Positions 48,768 through 61,000 of a stretch of DNA of 64,000 nt are shown here, one piece after another. The stretch is from Vitrella brassicaformis CCMP3155. Its lineage: Eukaryota; Protista; Chromerida. The notes beneath the pieces are model-generated. The model was not told where the DNA came from. It made no database searches and worked only from the letters and a program-made list of their open reading frames with translations. A program made the translations under genes and the position numbers. The stretch spans positions 1-64,000 of the forward strand of contig CDMY01000221.1 in assembly GCA_001179505.1 (NCBI GenBank). The letters are read 5' to 3'. Position 1 is the stretch's first letter; each line of letters starts with the position of its first letter.

Positions 48768-48930
48768 TTCACACCGAACGGTGGGGCGTGTCGGAGAGCC
48801 ACGCAATGACTCGTCGAGGATTTTTGAGCGATGAGTCTTCTTGGCAGATCTGTGCCCAGCAATGACCTTCCAGAACAAAGGAAAAGGGAGGCCAAACGCT
48901 GCGGTTTGTTCTGCGCGCTTAGCTCGCAGA

Positions 48931-48945
48931 GAGAGCGGTTTCACG
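48931..48945 (-). promoter_or_regulatory. Candidate promoter motif CGTGAAACCGCTCTC, copy 4
   Basis: In the 284-bp spacer between the RWD-RING and receptor genes. Confidence 0.45.
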
Positions 48946-49051
48946 GAATGTTGAGGGGTGCTTCAATCGTGTGTTCTTTCCTTGCGCCGTTCAGCTCGTC
49001 TCTGCGAGGCTGGTTGGGCATCATGCTTGTGTTCATTGATGAGTCATAAAG

Positions 49052-52000
49052 ATGGTGCGTCAAGGAGCACGTGCTGTGCTGCTGGTGGGTTGTGTGGCGC
49101 TGCTCCTGTCCTGCGCAGGGACCAAGAGACCGGCCAAGCTCCGCCACAACTCGGGACGAGGTGCGCACACTCAGATCTGTCAATGGATGTATCACACAAA
49201 CTCTGCGGATGGATGGATGTGACTCTCTCTCTCTGTTTGCTTGCGTTGATTGATTGACTGGCTGCACTAACTGCAGGGGCCGTCTCGTCCACTCACGGCC
49301 GGTCGCTGCAGGAGGAACAAGCGCATGATGCACCCGGTAAGTCTGTCATTCATGACAGACAGAGACTCATACACACACTTCCCTCGCTGTTTCTGTCGAC
49401 GTGCGTGTGTGGTGTGGTGCAGACCCCGTTTCTCCCTCGCTGTCGTCCCTCTCCCTCCCCCCATCCCCCGCCAACACGTCGACGCTCGCATTTCTCCTCA
49501 ACTTCACCCAGCCCGTCGCTATCACGGCCGACGCTATAATGCTCGACGGCTCCATCTGCCGCCCCGATGCGGTCTGCAGCGTCGACAGTGTCAGGCCGAC
49601 AGAGGGCAGCGATGTGGGGGACTTCGCGACGGTGTGGGAGGTGGAGGTCAGTGTGGGGGATGGAGAGGGGGTTTTGGAGGTTGACTTGGGGGCTGACATG
49701 GTGCTCGGCGAGGGAGGCAATGCGCTCAACAAGACAGCGTCGGAGCAGACGCTGCCAGTGGAGATTGAGATAGGTAAACAAACGTATTGGGTGACCACAA
49801 TGTGTGTGTGTGTGTGTGTGTGTGTGAATTTTTGGTGTGTGACCTTTGTTTGTCCTATCTGGATGCAGACACCGTCGCTCCATCATTGGTGTCGATGAGC
49901 AGCCCTCCCGGCCCCATCCCGTCTGCCACCTTCCCCATCACCCTGCACTTCAGCGAGCCCGTGGCCCTCAACGCCTCTGCATTCATCACGCTCACCGGCC
50001 CCTTGTGCGACACACGGTGCAGGTATGCGCGCGCCCAGCGTGTAAAGACAGACACGCATCGCATGTGTGTGTCGGTGTGTGTGCACAGTGTGTTGGGTAG
50101 CTCTGGTCTGCCTGCGGCTGATGAGGACGACCCCGAGTTTGAGGGATTTGCCCGCGAGTGGGAGGTGACCATCGAGGCCGACGAGGGCGACGGCAACCTG
50201 ACGGTGGCCGTGGCGGCTGGCGATGCAGCAGTGGTGGATAGGGCGGGCAACGCTATCAGGGATGGACGCATCGACAATGGCACGCTCACTGTCGCCATTG
50301 GTGAGTCTGCTCAGCAGGGTAGAAAAAAATCACACAACATGTTGTGTGATGTGTTGTGGTGGTGTGTGCAGACACCGTGGTGCCCACATTGGTGTCTGCG
50401 GACGCCCCTCAGGGCCCGCTGAGCACGCCCTCCTTCACCGTCAACTTGACCTTCTCCGAACCGGTGGCCAACATACAGCCAGAGGTGACCACAGACCGAC
50501 CCACAAACACACGACCAACCAACAGGCGCTCATTCTCCCCTCTCTGTGCTGTGTACCGTCAGCTGACAGGCGACCTCTGCAACGCCACGGCCGGCCTAAT
50601 GTGCAACATCACCTCCATAGATGCCTTCAGCCCCGACGGCGAGGGCTATGCGTCACGATGGTCATTTGTTGTGTCGACGGCTGGAGGTGAGGGCCGCGTG
50701 GTCGTCAGCCTGGTCAGCGACGCTTCCACCGACAGGGCCGGCCTGGCCCCCGCAGACGACGAAGACCCGACTGTCGTCACACGGATAATCGGTCAGTCAG
50801 TAAGGGGAGAAGGAAAGGGCAATGGTTGATTGCATTGCACCGACATGCTGCTGCTGATCTGGTCTGGTCTGGTCTGATGTGGTGCGGTGCAGATACGGTG
50901 GCTCCCTCTCTGCTAAACATGAGCACTTCTTCCCCTCTGGTCGCATCGACGTCCTTCGACGTGTCGCTGACATTCTCTGAGCCCGTCGCTGTCGACATAG
51001 ACCGAGTTGTGACACTGCGAGGGCCGCTGTGTGAGGAAACAGAGTGCCGCATTGCCGAGGTCGAGCCGGCCGGCGACGCCGATGACGACGATCTGTCTGA
51101 CCAGTGGGTTGTGACGGTGGAGGCCGGCGACGAAGACGGCCGCATGGAGGGCTCTGTCGTCATCGATGTCAACGAGAATGCGCTTAGGGACAGGGCTGGC
51201 AATGCTCTCAACGCCACTGCTTCGCCCGTCAACACAACAGGCTTCGAGCAATCCATCGGTAGGTACCCTCCCTCCAAACATGCACACACAGACAGAGACA
51301 CCTTCTGGTGTCTGTCTGCAGATTCGGTGCCCCCCCGGCTGATGGCCCTCCGCGGGCAGCGCGCCAATGCCACCAGCCAGACGATCGCCGTCAACGCGAC
51401 GTTCTCCGAACCAGTGTCGTTCGACTCCACGCGGATCGAGCTGTCCGGGTCGGCGTGCGACCCCACCAACTGCACCATCGGCGCTGTGCGCCCATTGGAG
51501 GCGGAGGGGGAGGAGGCTGAGGGCGATCTGTCGTCCGTGTGGCAGGTGGATATTGTGGCGGGTGAGGAGGAGGGGACGGTCTTCGCCCAGTTCCTGCCGA
51601 GCGTGTCGTCGGACGCCGCGGGCAACGAGCTCACCACCGACGGCGAGGAAGCACTGCTCGCCACCTTCTCTGTCGGTAAAAAAGGAAGAAACCACGCGCC
51701 TGTGGATGGATGTCCCATTTCCAATTTCCCATTTCCCATTTCTACTCGGTTCTGTCAGATGGCGTCAGGCCGCGGCTGTCCTTCCTGTCATTGCCCTTCC
51801 GTGTGCTCAACCTGACCAGCCTCACCGTCACGGCCGTATTCTCTGAACCTGTCGCCCTCAACGCCTCAGGCATACAGCTCTCCGGGTCGGCATGCGCACA
51901 AGACAACGACACGTGCCGCGTGGGGCCCGTTCGGCCCGCCGACGACACAATCCAGGCGTTCGCGTCGCGATGGGCGATCGAGGTAGTGGTGGGCGAGACG

Positions 52001-55000
52001 GAGGGGAGGCTGCGGATCGCCGTGCTGACCAGTGCTGGGGCGGACAACGCCGGGAATGAGCTGGAGGTTCAGACATTTGGCGGCGTGGATGGGGACATTG
52101 CCATGGCCATCTCCAGGACCATCGGTGCGTGGTCAATGCAGACAGACAGACAGACAGACAGACAGGTCGATAGGTCGATAGGTCGACGCTTTCTCAGACA
52201 TTATGTCTGTCTGTCCGTCTGAATATGGCTCGCGCAGACACTCGTCCGCCACGGCTGGTCTCCCTGACGGCGCCCGAAGGCCCGAGCCTGGACTCGGCCA
52301 CGATGCGCATTATAGTCACCTTCAGCGAGCCAGTATCCCTGCCGCTCGACTACTCTGCCAACGACACTGTGTCGGCAGCACTGCCGCCCCTGGCTGTGGT
52401 GGCGAGCGGGAGTGCCTGTGGGGAGGGTGGGGTCGGGTGCTATGTGTCGGCGGTGGATGCGGCGGATGAGGGCGGGGAGCGGCAGGAGTGGCTGCTCAAC
52501 GTGACGGCCGTCACGGAGGGCAATGTGACGGTGCGGCTGGTGCCGACGCAGATACGCGACAGGGCCGAGAACGGGCTGCGGGTCAACGACACGGAGGGAG
52601 GGGGAGACGACATGATGGTCTTCTCCAGACAGATCGGTGAGACTTGATACGAGCGACAGGAGAAAGATTTATCCATCCACCGACCATGGAAATGCTACGC
52701 TTCGATTTGATGCAGATCTGACGGGTCCGTCGATCACCCTCAGCAGCACAGTACCGGCCGTCACTTACGCCCCCAACTTCACCGTCACAGCCGAACTCAC
52801 CGAGCCATGCGACACCCTCACAGCCGACTCCCTCACTCTGAGAAACGCCCGGCTACTCAGCTTCGACGTCGACGAGTCGGGTGTGAGCATTGAGATGCTG
52901 GTGGAGCCCATCGCTGGAGGGGCTGTGAGAGTGGGCTTCCCTGCCGGCGCGTGTCAGGACAGTGCCGGAAATGACAACTTCCCGAGCACGGTGGTTTCCA
53001 CCACATATGGTCGGCGGGTGGGACGTAATGAATGTCATCCGTCATCCGTGCATGCCACTGTCACTGTGTGTGTGCTTCGTTCGGTCCGTGCAGACGATTC
53101 GATGCCGCAAGTGGAGGTCGCTCTCGCTATCGACACCGACGCCCTACCCACCGACGCGTCAGATCGGCCGCTGACCCGCAACGCCACTCTCCCACTCAGT
53201 CTGACCTTCTCTAGACCGCTCTATGCCACGGAGGCGCCGCTGCTCAACGTCAGCAATGCCAGAGTGGTGGAGGGCTTTGAGTTTGAGGACGGGTCGACCG
53301 ATGTGGATGGCGTGCTGCAAGCCGACGGCCAGGGGAATGTGAGCATCGGTGTGGCTGCGGGGGTGCTCCAGGACGAGTACGGCCGCCCCAATGACGGGTC
53401 CAACACTGTCGTGCTGATCTATGGTATGTATGTCTTAAACACCCTGACTGATGCGCTGATCTGAGTGCCCCCTGTCTGTCTGTGTCCTCCCTCCGTCCCT
53501 TGTGTGTGTGCAGACTCTGTCCGTCCGGTGCCGTCCCTTTCCACCACAAGCACGTCGCCGTCCACCACCCCAACGCCCTTCGTGGTGACCATCAGCCTGA
53601 CCGAGCCCATGGCGGACTTGAACGAGACCGACGTCATCATCACCAACGGCACCCTCCAATCGTTCACACCCAACACAGAGAGGGGCGAGAACGTCTCCTT
53701 TTCGGCAGCAGTGGTCCCCAACGTGACTGACGGCGAGTGGGGCGCGGTGGAGGTCAGGGTGCGGGAGGGCGCTGGGAATGACGTGGCAGGGAACCCCTCA
53801 CAGGCCAGCGGCAGTCTCGTTATGCAATATGGTGGGCGACACACGCACAGCAGAGCACAGCACAGCACAGCGCAACACACCGCAACACAACAGAAGGGAA
53901 TCGTGTGTGTATGTGTTTGTTGTACGTACCCGTGTAGTGCCGAAGGTGAGGTTCACGACTGCCTGGCTCACCCCGACGGCGTCAGTGCGGCCCGTCACCA
54001 CCCCCAATGTGTTCCATCGGCTGGCGATAGCCGCCAGGCCCTTCTCCATGACCGTCAACGGGACCTCCCTGACATCGAGCGTCCCACAGCTCCGCACCAC
54101 CAACCAGCACCGCACATACGCCGCCCTCTTCCGACGCAGCGGAGACATCTCTTGCGCCGACGGTCTTGCAAACGCATCCCGCCTCCTCTCTCCCCCCGTC
54201 CAGTGCGTCCCATCTGACGACATCATCCCCTCCACTGTCACATGTGGGCCCTTTGAAATGGACTCGGCGGCTTCCTATGAGCTCTGTGTGTGCGATGCCG
54301 TCGAGGACTCGGCATATCGGTGCAACGGCAGCGACTGGTCGGCCTTCAGCCACGGAGCGCGTAGCCTCCAAAGCGGCGAGGCCGGCACCCTCAGCGTGCC
54401 CCGAGGCAGCGTCGAGCTGGAGGTGGGCGACTCGGGCGTCCCCAATGCCAAACTGACCATCACCGCACCGGCGTCGAAGTCTCCCAGCCTCTTGTTCGTC
54501 GGCACGTCGGTGTTCCTCACTTCAAGCCCCAGATGCGACGACATGGGCGGCAACGGCACGGTGGCGCGGCGGGCCAGCGCCCTCTGCTCGCGGATCCGGC
54601 GGCACTCTGACGACCTCCTGCACGACGTGTCTTGCAGCTACGAGCTGGACGAGTACCCGCCCCCGGGGAAGTACACCATCTGCTGGGGCAACCCCCACAC
54701 ACAGCACTTCATCACCCTCGGGCCAATCGACACTTTCAAGATCCTCCCCAGTGCTGCCTCGTTTGCCTGCCGTCAGGCGCTGCAGCGGGCTGACGTCGTC
54801 AGCGTGTGCAGTGCACGGGTGCCTTCCCGTCTGCTGCCGGAGCCATCGGCTCTCGTCCTGTGCTATTCCCAGTGCAACCTCCCCGCCGGGTCGAGGTCTC
54901 AGCGCATCGGCTGCCCCCTGCCTGAGTCGACGTCAGGTGCGCGGCCGCCCCTGCTGTCGGACCCAATGGCGTGCATCAATGTGGAGCCGCCGCGGGTCGT

Positions 55001-58000
55001 CGGCTCGTCACTGTGGAGCGATCTGGGTGGAATACACATTGACTTCGACGTGGCTGTGGGGCCACTTGCAGCAAGCGCCGTCCCAACAGGCAGCCAAACC
55101 AACGGCAGCAGCCCTGCGGTCGATTGTGGTGCACTCCTCCCTCCTGAGCTGCTGAGTGAGCTGGGTAGCGATCCCAGATGTTACTGGGCTGCCGGAACGC
55201 GTCTTGAGGTCGCCTTAGGGTGGAATGCGACGTTCGGTGCTGGTGGTGGTGGTGAGAGAAATGCGACCATCTTGCCAGGCCGTGTTCAGAGGCTCGATGC
55301 GGCCAGGGACGTGCCGACGGTCGAGTGGGTGCAGAACGACGAGCAGAGGCTTACAGCCCGGGTGGAGCTGCCTGCTGCCCGGCCGCACGTGTGGCTCTCT
55401 GCCCCAGCGGTCATCCCCGCGTGTACGGGTGTGGATGTCTTCGGTGAAGCCTCGCTTGTCGGCCCTGGGAGGCGGTTTGCCCGAGTGGAGTGGTCATGCC
55501 ACGTCAGGACTGGCGGCAGTGAGGGCGATGGTAGCTACCACGGCACACACGAGTGTCCCGAAGAGCTGAAAGAGGTCTTCCACAACGCATCGGCTGCCCA
55601 GCGAATGATCCTCAGTGTTCCCCCTGCCATGACCGACCCTGCCCTTTTGCGAAAGGGCTTTTCCTCCACTGCAGGGGATGGTGCTGATGGCGATGGCGTG
55701 GCTCTGGAGGTCTCGCTGGTCGTCGAGAACTTCCTGGGATGGCAGACAAACGCCACGGCTGTCATCAACGTGTCATCAACGGATGATCCTGTGGCCGTCG
55801 TGCGCCCCATGACGCCTCAGAGCATCGTCAGTGCTGCTGGGGACAAGGTATCCTTTGAGGTGGCGGCGTTCGCTGCGACCAAGGGCAACTGCTCGGAGGC
55901 CTCCACCGGGCGGTGCCTCACCGACATTCTTGCTGCCCGGCTGCCCGTCGACGTCGAGTGGGTGTTTGCCGATGGATCCCAGATGGGCGGCATGACGCGC
56001 CGACCGAGGGTCTCCTTCTCGCCGCAGGAGTCAGTCAACATCTCGGCTCGCATCACAGTCAGGAGCGACCCGACAGCTGTGGCGGAGGTGCCCTTCACGG
56101 TGACCATCAACCACACGCAACCGCATCTTGTCATCGAGGGCCCGGCGCGTGTGGCGGTTTCCTGCCCGTTCACACTCACTGCTGTATCATTCCCAGAGGA
56201 CCGCCGGCAGTCGCCTGCCTACGCGTGGAGCTGCAGATACAACAACACAGCAGGGGAGAGCTGCTTCGCTGACCCAGAGAGAAATCCGCTCGGCAATGCG
56301 ACTGCAGCGTCTGTGGCCATTGATGCGGTGTTGTTGAGACGGGAGGGCCTGTATGTCTTTGGGGTGCGGAGGGGTGGGGGAGAGGAGGGTGAGGGTGATG
56401 GTGATGGTGGTGCAGGGGGGTTTGTGGAGCATCGTGTGGCTGTAGTTCGGTCACGGTATGCGATGGGCGTGGCGAGGATGGGGGACATGCAGAGACTGCA
56501 GATGAGTGTCCAAGGGCGAATCAACATGAGGGCCGAACTCGACGTGACCGAACAATGCCAGCTCCCGGTAACCCCACCACGCCACACACACACACACACA
56601 GAGAAACAGAGAGAGAGAGAGAGATACTCGTGGGGCATATCCTAGATGCATCCATCCCTTCCCTCAGGCTGACGTGCTATGGTCCTGGGAGGTATCCCGG
56701 CTCCCCGCCCCATCCCTCACCTCCCTCCCCCCTCGCAGACTCCCACACACACTCGTGACCTCCTTCCCACCCTCATGGGCCTCCACCGCACCCGCTCCCA
56801 CCATGAAGGTCTACGGCCGGCTGGCATCCAACACGCTGGCGGCTCCGGCGTGGTACAGCTACGCGCTGGTGGTGTCGGGAGCCGACGGGGTGGCGCTGTG
56901 GCATCACGAGTCGGCGCCCTTCGTGGTGCACGCTGCGCCTGTGCACGGGGAGGTCCGGGTGCACCCTCACCAAGGGGAGGAACTGTGCGCGGCGTTCCGG
57001 ATGCAGCAGGGAGGTAGGCATGCCATGGCATGCATATGCATGTGTGTGTATGTCATGTCATGTCACTATCCATCCATCCATCCGGTTGTGGTGTGTGTGT
57101 GTGTCTCTATGTGTGTGCAGGTTGGGGCACGAGCGCAGGGCCTCTTGAGTACTCGTACGCGCGGCGGCTGGTGGTGGATGGTGAGGTGGACGTCAAGTCA
57201 GAGGTCCCGTTGAGCAGCTGGTCGCCAGAGGCTGCCTTGGTGGTGCCGCTCACAGTGCCCCCAGGCATGCCCAACGCCACCTTTGTCATCGTGGGGCGGG
57301 CCAGGGACCGATTTGGCGGCATTTCGTAACCTCACACCACTCACCTGGATGGCTGGATGCATGAGGCACGTGATTCATTGGTGTGAGTGTGTCTGTGTGT
57401 GTGTGTGAGTCAGTGAGGCGGCTGTGTTGCCCCGTGTGGTGGTCACCCGTCGTGTGCTGAGCCAGGAGGACGTCTCGTCCGCCCTCGACCTCGCCAGCGC
57501 CGAATCTACACCGCCATCAGGTGAATGAACCAGCCCCCCGCCCGCCATCCAGATCGATCGACCACGTGTGCTGTGCTTGATTCATCCATGCAGTCGCCCT
57601 AGGACTGCTCATCAGCGCCGCCGGCTCGCTGCAGGACACCGAGGAGGCGGAGGCGGCCAACAAGACAGCCGACGCTGAGAAGGAGGTCGGTCCCAGGGTG
57701 CCGTCTGAGGCCGACCGTGCTGTGAGTGTGAAGCTGCTGTCGAGCCTTGGGAGTGTGGTTCAGCGGCAGACGGAGGGCGAGGAGCTCACCGACGGGTCAG
57801 TGGCGCTGCAGAGCGACGCCATTGGCAACGCAGTCGTGGCCGTCGACAGGAGGGGCACTCTCGACAAACCCAACTCCAAGAACGTACGTACGTCAGACAG
57901 CCACCCCACCCCACCGACAGACAACGGGAATGTCTGTGTGCAGGTACTGAACACGATGGACACCTCTCTCAGCGGCGCCAAGCGTGTCGGCGGTATGGAG

Positions 58001-61000
58001 CAGAGGGCGGCCGGCAACCTGGTGGACGCCAGTGTGCGCATCCTCCAGCGGCAGGCCCCCAGCAGACAGCCGGTGTCGCCGTCGAGCAATAGCACCGCGA
58101 CCAAGGCCGTGGAGGCGGCCCGGCGACTGCAGCAGGAGGTGGAAGACCAGCGAGCCATGGCCAAACAGCTCGTCGGGGCCGCAGGGAACGTCGGTATGTT
58201 ATGTGAGGGAAGGGAAGCACGCCGAACGTGTATGTTATGTGGGTGGTGTTGTGTATGTTATGCGTGTGTGCAGCTGAGCTTATGGGTAAGCGTCTCAAGA
58301 AGGGCAACAAGGTCGTCGTCGAAAAGCAGGGCCTCTCCGTTGCTGTCCTCGCAGACGTAAGTGACGAACGAACAAAACCCTTGCCACGACTAACTCAACA
58401 CAACGCAATGCACACACAGCAACAATCTCTCAATCTCTCTCTCCTTCATGTCATGTGTGTCATGTGTGTGGTAGGACCCGAGTCGCCTGCTAGCGCGTGG
58501 CGGCACCACCCTGCCCACTCGCAGTGGCAAGGTGTCGCTACCGTCGCTGGCCTCCCTGGACACCCCCGCAGCCCGGCGGGCGGCAGAGGAGGGACCCAAC
58601 GGCTGTCGTGCCTCGGCTAAGGTGGCCGCCAAGACAGTGGCGTGGCCTGCCAATCCATTTGGATTGGGGGAAGCAGCCGGGCAGTGGGGCGACACGGCCG
58701 TCGGGGCTGATATGCTCTCCATTTCTCTGAGCCAATGCGACGTACGCGACCAATGAGCGCCACGCATGTGTGTGTGTGTGTGTTGTGATGCTGTCTTTCT
58801 TTCTATGTAGGAGGACCTGCGCGTGCACAACCTCTCAGAGCCCATCAGGATAGTGCTGCCCATCCCCCGCCCCCAGCCGTCCGACGCCGCCCTCGCCTTC
58901 GCAATCGACCTCAAACGTAACCTCACCATACAGACGTGGCGGCAGAACCTGACCCTGACCGAGGAGGACCTCCCCCTGCCCCTCCCCAACATCACCACCA
59001 TGTCCGTCGACCAGAAGCTCGCATGGGCCAGCGACCTCTCGGCCATCAACCGGTCCATCGCCGACCCCACGGCCATCAGGGCACTGAGGTCCCTCAGCCT
59101 GTCCGTGGACCCTCGTGTGTGTGCCTTCTGGGACGAGGAGGGTGGGAGGTGGTCGAGTGAGGGGTGCGTTACGAGAGGCGACCTGAGCAACGCCACACAT
59201 CTGGTGTGCGACTGCACACACCTGACGGACTTCTCGGCGCTGCTGGAAGTGGTGAGCTGGGTGGGGGGGCTGGGGGTGGAGAAGGATCTGCCAGCCATCC
59301 CGGTGTTGTGTTGTGTTGTGTTGGGTTGTTTGCTGCACGTTGCTTGCTAATTGCAGACGTGGGATGTGTTCAAAAATTTCGGCCAGGCTTTTGTGGTGTT
59401 GGCAGAGCGGGGGATCGAGGCCCTGATGGAGCTCAACCCCAACAACCTCGGCGTCTGGACGGTCTTCGCCATCACACTCATTCTCCTCGCTCTCATCATC
59501 TTGTGAGCAGCTCATATGCTATGCCCCCACGCGCAGCACCAACACGCACTCACTCACACACAGTTGCTGCGGGCGTGGCGTCTTGTGTGTGCAGTGCGTG
59601 GCGGTGGGACAGGAAGCACCCCCTGACGGACGAGCTGCTCAAGCGGCTGCTGCTGAGCGACGCCGCCATCCGGACCAAGTACCTCGACTACTTGGAGGCC
59701 AAAGAAAGACCCAACTGCTGTGTGCGAATATACAGGTGTCTAATGCATTTACCAACTTCCACTACACGAGCACCGCTTATTTTTTGTTCTCTGCATGCTG
59801 CTTACCTGTGTGTGTGCCTGTGTGTGTGTGTGTGTGTGTGTGTAGGTCTCTGCGTGCCCGGATGCGTGGTGACAAGGAGGTGCAGCTGCCGGCCTTCTAC
59901 CGCGACTGGGCCATGGCACGCGACCTCAGAAGAGAAGTCGAGGAGCTGGCCAGGACAGGAGACCCCAAAGCCCGACAGGTCAGTCAGCAAGCAGCAAACC
60001 ACACACACGCTCACACACTCACACACACAGACACAGACACGCCAGCACGCGCAGTCAGTCACTGATTGGGTGCACCTGTCTTCCCTCTCTCTTCCCCTCT
60101 CTCTCCCTCTCTCTGTGCAGCTGCGGAACTTGATGCGTCGCCACGAGACATATCAGGTGGCCCGTCGGGTGCACGAGCTCCCGACGCTATCCGAGATCCT
60201 CGCGGCCAAGATGCTTCCGCGCATTCAGCAGAGGAAGGCCACTAAGGGCCAGGCGGCGAGACACAGCTGGCCTGTGCTAAACAAAAGGGGAATCGGCACC
60301 ATGCCCATGCAGCCACAGGGGACCGTCGACAGCCTCTCCCCGTCTGCGACCATGGCCCCGACCGAGCCTCCCTCATCGAAGCTTGACAAGAAGAAGCTCT
60401 GGACGATGCGGTCGCTGGGCGGCGCACTGCAGCAGCAAAATTCACTGCGACTCGTCGAGAGCGGCCAACTGGAGGAGGTAACCCACCCCACCCACACACA
60501 CAATACCCAAACATAGAACGCCGCGCCATGCAATGCCATCGATGGTGTACTGTGTTGTGTTGTGTTGTGTTGTGTGTCAAGGCGGTGAGGTATCTGCACC
60601 GGCTGGCCGTCAAGAAGCAGATCGTCGCCGCAACCACTATCGGTGGGTCGGTACCCACAAGAAGGAAGGAACTCAGTCACATCGATCATGGCTGACTGCC
60701 TGCGTGTCGTCTGTATGTGTATGTGTGTGTGTGTGTGTATGTGTGTAGGTAAGCACTGGCGAGGCATTGCTGTCCGCCGTTCGCTGGGTGAGCTGGGTCG
60801 CGACGGCAAGCCCTCTCTGAGCGAGCCCGAGAGCGAGCATGATGGTGCCGACGCCGACATTGACGGCGTGCAGATCCCCCTCTCCCCCTCCTTCGCCGAG
60901 GCCGTCGCGCGGGACCTCTCGACCCTCATGGGAGGCTCCCCCTCCTCCCGATCCCTCCCACCCTCACTCTTTTCGCAATACATGGACGACGAACAGGGCG

